Notes under the pieces: model-generated
Database searches by the model: none
What the model was told of the DNA's origin: nothing
Seen by the model: the letters and a program-made list of their open reading frames with translations, nothing else
NCBI GenBank assembly: GCA_046757245.1
Contig: JBHHXX010000001.1
Coordinates: 9,369 to 73,368, forward strand
Direction: 5' to 3'
Length of the DNA stretch: 64,000 bases
Source: Candidatus Geothermarchaeales archaeon
GTDB lineage: Archaea; Thermoproteota; Nitrososphaeria; Geothermarchaeales; JAUWBL01
Part shown: piece by piece, positions 27,462 to 36,685 of the stretch
How positions within the stretch are numbered: position 1 is the first letter of the stretch
How the letters are laid out: each line of letters begins with the position of its first letter
Position numbers and translations under genes: made by a program

Positions 27462-27636
27462 TGTTTTCGATGTTGGAGTAAGGCTCTAGGATCACTTTTT
27501 AGATGTTCATTTCACCATTGGGTTCTCGATCCCTTGGTTCATTTAGGAATGCTTATAGGGAGCGAAATCTCTAGATTCAAAGAAGAGAATAGTTTATTAG
27601 GGATATAAACCCCTTTTAGTTAAGTGAGTGGTATAG

Positions 27637-27810
27637 ATGGTGAGCAGCGAGGGTTTCAAGCGCTATGTTAGAGTGTTAAGGCTGGCAAAGAAGCCCACAT
27701 TTAGTGAGTTTTGGCTCTTCGCAAAGCTCACCGTTATCGGCATAGGATTGTTGGGGGCCATCTCCTTCATAATTAAGCTCTTCATGTCGTATCTATTCCT
27801 AGCAAGATAG
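27637..27810 (+). CDS. secE: Preprotein translocase subunit SecE (Sec61 gamma), 57 aa; below the ORF-track cutoff
   Basis: Read from the DNA: MVSSEGFKRYVRVLRLAKKPTFSEFWLFAKLTVIGIGLLGAISFIIKLFMSYLFLAR. It has the KKP motif followed by a single TM and the canonical position immediately upstream of spt5-rpl11. Confidence 0.8.
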   Translation: MVSSEGFKRYVRVLRLAKKPTFSEFWLFAKLTVIGIGLLGAISFIIKLFMSYLFLAR

Positions 27811-27894
27811 AGGTGAACCATCTTCAGCAAAGAAAAAGCCTCGAAGTTTTACGCGGTCAAGGCAACCGCTGGCCAAGAGGAGAACGTCATCTTA

Positions 27895-28293
27895 GTGGCA
27901 CGCCTACGCATCGAGTCTCAAGGCATACCGATAAAGTCCTTTTTGCTCCCCCCGGGTACAAACGGCACCATCATCGTTGAGGCCGACAACATCGGAGACG
28001 TCAACATGGCCCTGAGCGGAATCCGACACGTGAAGAGGGTGATCTATGGCACCATAAGCCGCGACGAAATTGAGCGCTTGGTCACCGTCGAGGAGAAGGT
28101 CGTGGAGTTCCAACCGGGCGACGAGGTGGAGGCCATCTCGGGTCCCTTCAGAGACATGAAGGCCCGGGTGATTAGGGCTGAGAAGGATAAGAAGGAGGTG
28201 GTGATCGAGTTCTTAGACGCCTCCTTCACCCTGCCCGTCACGATCTCCGTTGACATGCTGAAGAAGACGAAGAAGAAGACCATGTCGGGGTGA
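27895..28293 (+). CDS. spt5: Transcription elongation factor Spt5 (NusG). The coordinates are the minimal ORF from GTG 27895; the conserved N-terminus continues upstream to 27817 (see findings)
   Basis: NGN domain plus KOW (FQPGDEVEAISGPFRDMKARVIRAEKDKKEVVIEFL). The in-frame upstream codons encode KFYAVKATAGQEENVILV, the conserved first strand of NGN. Confidence 0.85.
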   Translation: MARLRIESQGIPIKSFLLPPGTNGTIIVEADNIGDVNMALSGIRHVKRVIYGTISRDEIERLVTVEEKVVEFQPGDEVEAISGPFRDMKARVIRAEKDKKEVVIEFLDASFTLPVTISVDMLKKTKKKTMSG

Positions 28294-28300
28294 ATTAGGG

Positions 28301-28807
28301 ATGGCTGTAAAACAGACGGTAGAAGTGCTGGTGACTGGCGGCTCCGCAACGGCTGGACCACCCTTGGGACCCATGCTCGGACCCCTCGGGGTGAACGTCT
28401 TGGCCATAGTTAACAAGATAAACGAGGTTACGAGAGACTTCGCTGGCATGAAGGTTCCCGTAAAAGTGGTGGTGGACATTGACACCAAGGAATTCGAGGT
28501 GGAAGTGGGCATCCCAACCACCTCGGCGTTGATCGCCAAGGAGGCCAAGCTTGAGAAGGGGTCTCAGTTGCCTGGGCAAGACTTTGTTGGAGACATCGCC
28601 TTCGACCGAGTCTTGAAGATCGCTCAAATCGTCAACCAAAAGTTGAAGTTGAGGTCTCTGAAGAACGTGGTAAAGCAGGTCGTGGGGACCTGTAGGAGCA
28701 TGGGGGTGAAGATCGATGGAACACTACCCGAGGAGGTTCTCGAGCTCATCCGACAGGGTGAATACGACGAGAAGATACTAGGTGCACAGGGGCATACATC
28801 GAAATGA
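28301..28807 (+). CDS. rpl11: 50S ribosomal protein L11 (uL11)
   Basis: VEVLVTGGSATAGPPLGPMLGPLGVNV...FEVEVGIPTTSALI is the canonical uL11 N-terminal domain. Confidence 0.95.
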   Translation: MAVKQTVEVLVTGGSATAGPPLGPMLGPLGVNVLAIVNKINEVTRDFAGMKVPVKVVVDIDTKEFEVEVGIPTTSALIAKEAKLEKGSQLPGQDFVGDIAFDRVLKIAQIVNQKLKLRSLKNVVKQVVGTCRSMGVKIDGTLPEEVLELIRQGEYDEKILGAQGHTSK

Positions 28808-29451
28808 TCAACCTAACAAAGGAGCAACTTACTAAGGCCATCGGAGAGGCGAAGGAAAAGGGGGGGAAAAGAAGCTTCGAGCAGTCCGTTGAGTTGATCG
28901 TCACCACGGAGGGCCTAGATCTAGGTAAGCCTGAGAACAGGGTTCTCGAGATCATACGCTTACCCAAGAAAACGAAGAAAGAAGGGATGGTCTGCGTCTT
29001 CGCAGAAGGCGAGACGGCTGAGAGGGCCGCTGAAGTGGGCGCTGATAGAGTCATATCGAGAAGGGAGCTGGACGCCTTGGCCGGAAACCGGAAGGAGATA
29101 AAGAAAATCTCTAAGAGGTATGACTTCTTCTTGGCCGAACCTCCGCTGATGGGTAGCATAGGAAAGGTTTTCGGCTTCGCCCTCGGCCCTAAGGGGAAGA
29201 TGCCGCAGGTCATCACCCCCACAACCGATTTGAAGGGTAGGATAAACGCCCTGAAAAACTCCGTCAGGATATACCTGAGGAATCGGCCAGAGGCATCCTG
29301 TAGCATAGGGACAGAGAGCACGCCGAGCGAGGACCTGGCTGAAAACGCCTTGGCCGTAATATCCACGGTTGACCGAAGCATGGAGGAGAAGGCGAAGACG
29401 AAAAACGTGTACATCAAGTTGTCCATGGGAAAACCCGTCAAGGTGATCTGA
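28804..29451 (+). CDS. rpl1: 50S ribosomal protein L1 (uL1)
   Basis: 4-nt overlap with rpl11. RSFEQSVELIV...DFFLAEPPLMGSIGKVFGFALGPKGKMP is a typical uL1 sequence. Confidence 0.95.
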   Translation: MINLTKEQLTKAIGEAKEKGGKRSFEQSVELIVTTEGLDLGKPENRVLEIIRLPKKTKKEGMVCVFAEGETAERAAEVGADRVISRRELDALAGNRKEIKKISKRYDFFLAEPPLMGSIGKVFGFALGPKGKMPQVITPTTDLKGRINALKNSVRIYLRNRPEASCSIGTESTPSEDLAENALAVISTVDRSMEEKAKTKNVYIKLSMGKPVKVI

Positions 29452-29461
29452 GGCGTTCGCG

Positions 29462-30331
29462 ATGGAGACGAGGAGGAAGATAGCGGACAAGAAAATGAGG
29501 ATGAGGGAGGAGTTCGAGGAGCTGATTAAGGAAAATAACACCTTCTTCATAGCCGATCTATACAAGGCGAGCGCCAGCCTACTCAACGAGATCAGGAGGA
29601 GGCAAGACGAGTTCGGATACATTGTCAAGGGTGGTAAAAACACGATCTTCGGAGCAGCTCTAGAGGAGGCTAACCCCAAGGCGTACGAGAAGGTCAAGGA
29701 TCAGCTGACAGGACCCAACATCTTCATCTTTTCAAACGAAAATCCCTTCAAACTAGCCCTGGAGGTAAGCAGGCTAGAGGTCGACCTCCCCGCCTCAGCT
29801 GGCGACACGGCCACCTCGGACATCATCATTAGGGAGGGTAACACGGGATTCCCGCCGGGGCCCATAATCAGCCTTTTCTCAGCGGCGAGGATTCCGACTA
29901 AGATCATATCTGGATCCGTCTATGTTACGAGGGATACGTTGGTGGCTTCGAGGGGCGACGTGATCTCTTCGAGTCTAGCCAACATCTTGGGGAAGCTGGG
30001 AAGAAGGCCGATAAAGGCCAAACTGAAATTTAAAAGTGCCTATGACCTTGAGGCCGATATGTTCATCCCCGCTGATCTCTTGGTCGTCAACCTGGAGAGA
30101 TACGAGGAGGAACTTTTAGAGGCCGTGAATAAGGCGATGAAGATAGGTCTGGAGATCGCTTATCCAACCAGAGAATTATTGCCCCACATCGTTTTGAAGG
30201 CGTGTTCTCAGGCGAAGAAACTCGCCTTAGAGGCTAGCTACGTGACTTCCGAGACGATACCCGACCTCCTAATGAAGGGCCAAAACAACGCGATAATCCT
30301 GCAAAGAGAATTGGATAGCCTAGGCGCTTAA
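29462..30331 (+). CDS. rpl10: 50S ribosomal stalk protein P0 (uL10), short form without the acidic C-terminal tail
   Basis: Position after rpl1. N-terminal uL10 domain (FFIADLYKASASLLNEIRR...). 289 aa, ending ...LQRELDSLGA. Confidence 0.85.
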   Translation: METRRKIADKKMRMREEFEELIKENNTFFIADLYKASASLLNEIRRRQDEFGYIVKGGKNTIFGAALEEANPKAYEKVKDQLTGPNIFIFSNENPFKLALEVSRLEVDLPASAGDTATSDIIIREGNTGFPPGPIISLFSAARIPTKIISGSVYVTRDTLVASRGDVISSSLANILGKLGRRPIKAKLKFKSAYDLEADMFIPADLLVVNLERYEEELLEAVNKAMKIGLEIAYPTRELLPHIVLKACSQAKKLALEASYVTSETIPDLLMKGQNNAIILQRELDSLGA

Positions 30332-30390
30332 GATTTTTGGGTCTCCACCTATGGGACCTCCAAGGCCCTTCTCTTCATCTGTTCGTCATG

Positions 30391-30855
30391 CTATCCTCGT
30401 ATCCACTCACCGGTCCCGTCGGAATAGATCTCCTTTTTGAAGATGGGGGGTCTAGACTTATAGGCTTCGATGATTCTCTCCATCGCAGGGAAAAGGTCTT
30501 TCCTACCGCGGGCTGCCAGGGCTACGAGCACGAGGACTTCGCCTGGGCTGAACTCACCCTCCCCATGGATGATGCAAGCATCATTCAACCCAAACTTGTC
30601 TTTGAACTCCTTTGATATCTTCCTCAATTCTCGATCGGCCAACTCTCTATGGGTCTCGATCTCCAATTTTACGACTCTTTTCCCGCTATAGGAATCCTCC
30701 CTCGTGATGCCTACGAAGAAGAGGATGCCACCCGACCTCCCATCAGAGTTCCTCTCAACAAACTCCTTGATGTTCTCGACGACGTTGAAGTCCTTCCTAT
30801 CTGATATTCCGGAATATCGCATTGTCCATGCCACCAAACCTAAGATAGCCCCCAA
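30391..30855 (-). CDS. moaE: Molybdopterin synthase catalytic subunit MoaE-like protein
   Basis: GGILFFVGITR...LEIETHRELADREL...IIHGEGEFSPGEVLVLVALAARGRKDLFPAMERIIEAYKSRPPIFKKE matches the MoaE pattern (HR.G.l..GE, PIWKKE). The true start may be the internal Met at 30822. Confidence 0.65.
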   Translation of the reverse strand: MGAILGLVAWTMRYSGISDRKDFNVVENIKEFVERNSDGRSGGILFFVGITREDSYSGKRVVKLEIETHRELADRELRKISKEFKDKFGLNDACIIHGEGEFSPGEVLVLVALAARGRKDLFPAMERIIEAYKSRPPIFKKEIYSDGTGEWIRG

Positions 30856-30937
30856 CGGTTTTATCTTTCTAACTATGGGTTTATTAAAAATCCCTAACTT
30901 AGGTGGAGGACTAATTATACTTCAGCCTCTCGTTCCA

Positions 30938-31444
30938 TCAACGCTTCGAAATCGCCTTCCTGGTGAGTGGCGTCAAGCACTCGGGGCATCTATCCCCCCT
31001 AAAGTCGGGGCTGAAACTTTTGTTGCAGAGGGGGCAATAGACCTTCCAGATGATTATCTCTCGAATCTTTCTCCCCACTATGGTTTGAACCTCTAGACCG
31101 AGGGATGAGGCGATGTTCTGGAGGGCGTAGTCATCCGTTAGTAGAACGGGCCCCTCCCCCTGATCACACATCTCTAAGAACAAGGCTAGAAGACTGACGT
31201 CGGCCTCGGAGAGTACCCTGCGGTCGCCCATTTTGTCAGCCTCTGCGAGAGCCCTCTTGACATACTTGGGTTCGGCCTCGCGGATGATTATCGCCCTCCC
31301 CTCCACCCTGGATCTAATGAGGGCCTCCCTGAGGCTCTCACGCACTTCCCCTATAATCTGGGGTGTAGTGTATAAAGATCCACCTCGAATATGGAGGGTT
31401 AATCCCGCTACATCCACCACGTAGTTCTTCTCTTTTCTCCTCAT
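30938..31444 (-). CDS. nob1: Nob1-type endonuclease (PIN domain plus C-terminal zinc ribbon), 16S rRNA 3'-end maturation
   Basis: PIN acidic residues (YVVDVAGL, LSEADVSLLALFLE, LLTDDYALQNIA) followed by CPLCNKSF...CPEC. Confidence 0.75.
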   Translation of the reverse strand: MRRKEKNYVVDVAGLTLHIRGGSLYTTPQIIGEVRESLREALIRSRVEGRAIIIREAEPKYVKRALAEADKMGDRRVLSEADVSLLALFLEMCDQGEGPVLLTDDYALQNIASSLGLEVQTIVGRKIREIIIWKVYCPLCNKSFSPDFRGDRCPECLTPLTRKAISKR

Positions 31445-32286
31445 GGCCTCATCCGGAGAGCCGTTCTAATGTGTCTCAACTCTTCATCCTTAAAAGTGAT
31501 GAAGCACGCATCTTCATCGGATTTTCTGATGCGCACCTCTTCCCCTCTACCGATCCCCTCCCTTATCTGCCCATCCAAAATGATGAGGGCCTCACCCTTC
31601 CTTTCACCAGCCCAGAGAACAACCTCATCGCTAGCCGGTAGAACGATAGAGGGCCTGAAGATCAAGGGGCTAATCGGTGTGATCGTGATCGAGTGGAGAG
31701 AGACGTCTACCATTGGCCCCCCAGCCGACAGGGAGTAGGCGGTGCTCCCGGTCGGCGTCGCCACGATCACCCCATCTGCCACACTGGTCCATAGGTCCAT
31801 CCTCCTTTCGGAGCGATCGACCTCGACATGGACCTCGATGGTTTTCCCAGGTAGCGTGGACGTAAAATACACCTCGTTTAACACCGGGGGGTGACGTACA
31901 CCTTTAGCATACACGTCGAGGCGCATCTCCCTTTTTATGAGGTATTTTTTATCGATGGCGTTTTGAATCGCTCTTATGTAGTTTTTCTTGTCCACAGAAG
32001 CCAAGAAGTTTTTCAGGCCGATCCCTATACCGAGAACGGGTGTGTCATAGGGTCTCACTGACTGTAATGCTCGAAGTATGGTTCCATCGCCGCCTATGGT
32101 AACGACGAAGTCACCCGAAACCTCAGATTCCCTCGATTTTATCAGCGCCTCTGAGGGTATGCCACTTATCTTTGGGTATACGGTTACCTCGAAGTCGGCG
32201 TCGATCAGCATCTCAGCTATCGCCCTAGCCAGCTCAGCGGCCTCTTCGTTCCCCCTCAATGCGATGATGCCTGCGGCCCTCATCAC
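31441..32286 (-). CDS. nadK: NAD kinase
   Basis: GGDGTILRAL motif and ATPTGSTAYSLSAGGP motif. ATGA overlap with nob1. Confidence 0.9.
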   Translation of the reverse strand: MMRAAGIIALRGNEEAAELARAIAEMLIDADFEVTVYPKISGIPSEALIKSRESEVSGDFVVTIGGDGTILRALQSVRPYDTPVLGIGIGLKNFLASVDKKNYIRAIQNAIDKKYLIKREMRLDVYAKGVRHPPVLNEVYFTSTLPGKTIEVHVEVDRSERRMDLWTSVADGVIVATPTGSTAYSLSAGGPMVDVSLHSITITPISPLIFRPSIVLPASDEVVLWAGERKGEALIILDGQIREGIGRGEEVRIRKSDEDACFITFKDEELRHIRTALRMRP

Positions 32287-32723
32287 GATCCCCTCTCAAA
32301 AAATGTGTGGCGCCCTTAAAAATTACCTATTTAGGGTGATACTCCTATTTCAATAAAGTCAACTCTTGAATGTCTCCATCCTCGGCTTACAGGACCGATG
32401 TTTGTTCTTAGCGTTATTCCTCACTCCAGGTCTGGGATTATAGATTCCATGCTTATCCTTCCGAAGTCGAACCTTCCCCTAAAACTACCCTAAAACTATG
32501 TTGGGTACACCAAACATAGCCTAGGTGTAGATGTGTTAGAGTCATCGGCGTGCGCCAAGAAAACCATCTGGATGATCCACATAAGCCTTGTCGATGGGGA
32601 ACTCGAGACGCTTAGGAAGAGGAAAATTAATGTGGTGGGCTCATATCGCGCGATTAGATGGTGCCCAACAAAGATTTAATACCGTAATTTCTCCTAGTTT
32701 ATTCAGGCATTAGGGCGATTCGC

Positions 32724-33113
32724 ATGAGCAAACAGGTGGAGATCGGTGCCCTGAAAACCAATTCAGTGATAATGATCGAGGGAGAACCCTGCAGGGTGGT
32801 TTCGATTGAGAAATCCAAGCCCGGCAAGCATGGGTCGGCGAAGGCGAGGGTTGTCGCCATAGGGATATTCGACGATGTGAAGAGGAGCATCGTGAGCCCC
32901 GCGGACTCCATGATCGAGAGCCCCTTGGTGAACAAGAGGAGAGCCCAAGTCATCACCGTCTCGGACATGGTTCAGCTAATGGACTCTGAAACCTACGAGG
33001 TTTTTGAAACGACGCCCCCCAAAGATGAAGACCTTAGGGTTAGGCTGGAGCCCGGGGTTGAAGTCGAGTATTGGCTCATCGCCGGCAAAAAGAAGATTGT
33101 TCGAACACGCTGA
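32724..33113 (+). CDS. eif5a: Translation initiation factor 5A (aIF5A)
   Basis: Hypusination loop SKPGKHGSAKARV. 129 aa with SH3-like plus OB-fold organisation. Confidence 0.95.
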   Translation: MSKQVEIGALKTNSVIMIEGEPCRVVSIEKSKPGKHGSAKARVVAIGIFDDVKRSIVSPADSMIESPLVNKRRAQVITVSDMVQLMDSETYEVFETTPPKDEDLRVRLEPGVEVEYWLIAGKKKIVRTR

Positions 33114-33448
33114 GGTCAAGGTTTCTCTGGTTGAAATCGATGTTTTTAGACTTATCTACGCCTTTATGTTAAGCCTAGTTAAGTCTACCTTGACTTTGGA
33201 TCTGGAACATGGCCACAGGTTGATCTCCCACCTCAGACGATGAACTCAGCTCTTACAACTACCCTCTAAGTTTTACTCATAGGGTTATGAGTTTTTGACG
33301 GCATTTGGATTTGCTGGGTCTCTTGCTTAAACGCATCGTCATTTTTTAATCTTATTGACACATTAACCCTTGGGGTTATAATCTAAATTTTGGATACGTG
33401 ACTTCTCTTCGACGAAAGTTTGTATGATTACGAGAAGGGTAGATCACT

Positions 33449-34519
33449 TTGATAACGGTTGTCGATGGAAGCATGCTGGAGGGCGGGGGGCAACTCCTGA
33501 GAATGGCCGTGGCTTATAGCGCGGCGATGGGGAAGCCCGTCAAGATACGCGATATAAGGGCCAAGCGCCCAAGGCCGGGTTTGAAGGCTCAGCACATAGG
33601 CGCGGTGAGATCGGTTGCCTCTCTCACAGACGCCGAGGTGAGGGGGCTAACTCTGGGCTCCAGGGAGATCGAGTTTTATCCCAAGGAGGCTAAGAGTGGG
33701 GACTACAAGATAGACGTCGGAACCGCTGGGAGCATAGGCCTCCTGCTCCAATGCTTGGCACCTCCCGCCGCCTTCGCCCCGGGAGAAGTCTCCGTAGAGC
33801 TTCGCGGGGGCACCTCGGTGAGGTGGGCTGTCCCCGTCATAGCCCTGAAACACGTCATCTGGCCGATCCTCGGGAGGATGGGCTTCAGGGGTAGAATAGA
33901 GGTTTTAAGGGAGGGTTTCTATCCCCGGGGGGGCGGGTTGGTGAGGGTTTCCATTGAGCCGTTGAAGAGGCTCAAGCCGCTGAGCCTCGGAGAAAAGGGG
34001 GAGATAAAAATAATAAGGGGGGTTTCCCTCTGTGGCAGGTTGCCCGCCCACGTGGCGGAGAGGCAGGCCAAGTCTGCTGAAGACGTGTTGAGGAAGGCGG
34101 GCCTCGGGGAAGTAGACATTAGGCCCGTGTGCGACACTGGGCCTCGAACCCCTTTCTCCCCTGGAAGCGTCGTGGTCCTCTGGGCTGAGACCTCAACCGG
34201 GTGCCTCATCGAGTCGGACAGCCTGGGAGCCCCGGGAAAGCCCTCGGAGGTCGTGGGGAGAGAGGCGGCTGAGCAGCTCGTTTCACAGCTTAAGACGGGT
34301 GCTACGGTTGACATACACACGGCTGACAACCTCATCATCTGGTTCTCAATCGCCAGCGGTATGTCACGTCTGAGGGTGAGCAAGCTAACCCTGCACACGA
34401 GGACGGCGATTGAATTGGCGAGGCAGATAGCTGGGTCGACCTTCGAGGTGGAGGAGGAGCCCGACGGATCGATTGTGATAACCTGTGAGGGGATAGGCTT
34501 GGAGAATCCCTTCATTTAG
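33449..34519 (+). CDS. rtcA: RNA 3'-terminal phosphate cyclase
   Basis: DGSMLEGGGQLLRMAVAYSAAMGKPVKIRDIRAKRPRPGLKAQH is the RtcA N-terminal signature. A later histidine region is TVDIHTADNLI. TTG start. Confidence 0.85.
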   Translation: MITVVDGSMLEGGGQLLRMAVAYSAAMGKPVKIRDIRAKRPRPGLKAQHIGAVRSVASLTDAEVRGLTLGSREIEFYPKEAKSGDYKIDVGTAGSIGLLLQCLAPPAAFAPGEVSVELRGGTSVRWAVPVIALKHVIWPILGRMGFRGRIEVLREGFYPRGGGLVRVSIEPLKRLKPLSLGEKGEIKIIRGVSLCGRLPAHVAERQAKSAEDVLRKAGLGEVDIRPVCDTGPRTPFSPGSVVVLWAETSTGCLIESDSLGAPGKPSEVVGREAAEQLVSQLKTGATVDIHTADNLIIWFSIASGMSRLRVSKLTLHTRTAIELARQIAGSTFEVEEEPDGSIVITCEGIGLENPFI

Positions 34520-34763
34520 CTGTCCTCGGCACGGTTGGGGGGGCTTGAAGATGTTTAGGCGAAGGCTCCGGCTAAAAAATACCGCACCCATTGACGGTGA
34601 TGGATGAAAAATTTCAATGGCTGCATCCAGCCTCCAAAAAACTAAAACCATGTTTAACGCGAATTCGCTTAACTCAGGGGTGAGTGTGACTGACCGCGTC
34701 AACCAAGGCGGCTGGAAAATCCTATAAGCACGCGTTTAATGAATTATTTGAGGGGGTATACTC

Positions 34764-35501
34764 ATGGAGAGGGTTCCTACGGGAATAAGTGGATTAGACG
34801 AGTTGATAGAGGGGGGACTACCCAAGGGAAGGTGCACCCTCGTCTGCGGAGGTCCGGGCAGCGGAAAAACGATTTTCTCAACCCAGTTTCTGGTTGAGGG
34901 CGCAAGGAAATACGACGAGCCCGGCGTCTTCGTGACCTTCGATGAGGACCCGGTTCACATCAGGGAGAACATGTTGAGATTCGGCTGGAACCTCGAAGAC
35001 CTAGAGAAACAGGGTAAGCTGAGCCTAATCGACTTTTCCCCCGTCATCTATCTCTCCCCCCAAGAGTTCAAGAAAACCGTGTACGGAGTTGAGATGCCCG
35101 AATTCTCCATCGAGAGCGCCACGGAGATGATAAAAACCCAGGTAGATGGCCTGAAGGCAGAGCGGGTAGTCGTTGATCCCATAACATCCCTGATAATTCA
35201 GGTGCCCGAAGTCTCTAAGAGGCGTCGCAACATCGCCCATCTCTTCAAAGCCTTACTCGAAACGGGATGTACATGCATTGTAACCTCAGAGAGTAGGGCG
35301 GCGCTCTTGGAGAGGGAGCCACAGGTTGAGGAATATCTGGCTCAGGGTGTGATCCTCCTTCAAACGATCAGGAAGGGTGACCAACTCGTCAAGGCTATTC
35401 AGATCGAGAAGATGAGAGGGGTCGCACACGACACACAGCCCCACCCCTACTACATAACGAATGAGGGAATCAAGGTATTCCCCAAGGAAAAAGTTTTGTG
35501 A
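34764..35501 (+). CDS. Single-domain KaiC/RadA-like RecA-superfamily ATPase
   Basis: RVPTGISGLDELIEGGLPKGRCTLVCGGPGSGKT (Walker A) and RVVVDPITSL (Walker B). Confidence 0.8.
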   Translation: MERVPTGISGLDELIEGGLPKGRCTLVCGGPGSGKTIFSTQFLVEGARKYDEPGVFVTFDEDPVHIRENMLRFGWNLEDLEKQGKLSLIDFSPVIYLSPQEFKKTVYGVEMPEFSIESATEMIKTQVDGLKAERVVVDPITSLIIQVPEVSKRRRNIAHLFKALLETGCTCIVTSESRAALLEREPQVEEYLAQGVILLQTIRKGDQLVKAIQIEKMRGVAHDTQPHPYYITNEGIKVFPKEKVL

Positions 35502-35601
35502 TCAATACTAACCGAGTTACGGCAAAAAATTTGTCTATGGAACCCACGTTAAATAAAACTAGGCAGGCTTATATACACCAAACGCGGTATCTACAAACGG
35601 T

Positions 35602-36600
35602 GTGAATGTGCCCATCGAGATCCCCACGGATAGGATAAACGAGGAAATAAGGAAGAGAGGCGCCAAGAGGATACTCATCCAAGCACCGAACGGAATAAAA
35701 ACCGCTCTAAGCAGGTGCCTACCCCTGATCCAGTCAGAAACCGGTGCCACCACCATCCTCCACGGTGAAAGTTGCTTCGGGGCTTGTGACCTAGCATGCG
35801 TAGACGCTGGATACCTTGGGGTGGACCTAGTCATACACCTAGGGCACACACCTCTCCCGGGGCAGGGGAAGGGTGAAAACCTTGTTTTCTTGGACGTATA
35901 CGATGAGGTCAACTTCGAGGAATCGCTACTATCGGAGATTTTGGCGCTCACCGAGGGGCGAACTCTGGGTCTCGCCGCTTCAACCCAATATCTCGGCCTG
36001 CTCCGACGGCTGAGGAAGACGCTGGAGGCGAACCACAGGCGGGTTATGGTGGGTCTACCGATTTCCAAGGGCCTCCAGCCCGGGCAGATTTTGGGCTGCG
36101 ATGTTTCAGCCGCCAAGAACATCGCAAGCGGCGTAGACGGTTTCCTCGTGGTGGGTGGGGGCGTCTTCCACGGGCTGGGGGTTGCCCTTTGGACAGGGAC
36201 GGAGACCTGGGTGGCGGATCCCTATAGGGACGCATTGGTGGACGTCTCCACCATGGCGAGGAAGAAGCTTAGGCTTATAGCCGCGAAAATCGACGAGGCA
36301 AACGGGGCGGAAACGTTTGGCGTGATTTTGGGGATAAAAGAGGGGCAGAGAAACCTGAGGCAGTTTTCACGTATGACTGAAGAATTGAGGGGGATGGGTA
36401 AAACAGTAATTGAATTGGCGATGAGGGAGGTCGAACCCGAAAAACTCAGATATTACGGTTGGATAGATTGTTTCTTCCAGACGCTCTGTCCAAGAATATC
36501 CATCGACGAAATAGAAAGATACGAGGCGCCCATGCTCTCCTACGAGCAGTTTTTGATCGCGAGGGGGGAGAAAAGGTTCGAGGAGGTCTATCCCTGCTAG
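35602..36600 (+). CDS. dph2: Diphthamide synthesis enzyme Dph2 (2-(3-amino-3-carboxypropyl)histidine synthase)
   Basis: RILIQAPNGIK...ESCFGACDL...VIHLGH... pattern of archaeal radical-SAM Dph2. Conserved neighbourhood with csl4 and rpoL. Confidence 0.8.
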   Translation: MNVPIEIPTDRINEEIRKRGAKRILIQAPNGIKTALSRCLPLIQSETGATTILHGESCFGACDLACVDAGYLGVDLVIHLGHTPLPGQGKGENLVFLDVYDEVNFEESLLSEILALTEGRTLGLAASTQYLGLLRRLRKTLEANHRRVMVGLPISKGLQPGQILGCDVSAAKNIASGVDGFLVVGGGVFHGLGVALWTGTETWVADPYRDALVDVSTMARKKLRLIAAKIDEANGAETFGVILGIKEGQRNLRQFSRMTEELRGMGKTVIELAMREVEPEKLRYYGWIDCFFQTLCPRISIDEIERYEAPMLSYEQFLIARGEKRFEEVYPC

Positions 36601-36685
36601 GTTAAGGTTAACCAGCCACGATTGTGGAGAGCTCTTGGACTTCGTTGAGAAAGCTAAGAGGAGAAAGTCAATGTTTTCCGCCTCG

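Noticed and set aside
27808-27816. Stop-codon readthrough fusing SecE to Spt5 (same reading frame)
   Set aside because: It would require reading through two stops (TAG and TGA) three codons apart and would fuse a membrane anchor to a transcription factor. The frameshift/indel or non-canonical-start explanations are far more plausible.
28746-29697. Long minus-strand ORFs (28746..29441 and 28960..29697) antisense to rpl1 and rpl10
   Set aside because: They overlap canonical ribosomal protein genes, with low-complexity translations. They are shadow ORFs.
33919-34515. 198-aa ORF antisense to rtcA; likewise 35559..36122 antisense to dph2, 57253..57969 antisense to rps2/eno, 60997..61587 antisense to the nitrilase gene, and 18235..18573 antisense to the coiled-coil gene
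   Set aside because: All lie within genes that carry clear family signatures on the opposite strand, and none shows a motif of its own.
34588-34630. Two mutually exclusive small hairpins (ccattga/tcaatgg and ggatg/catcc) in the rtcA-kaiC-like spacer
   Set aside because: Stems of 5-7 bp are expected by chance in a 240-nt spacer, and there is no supporting conservation or context.
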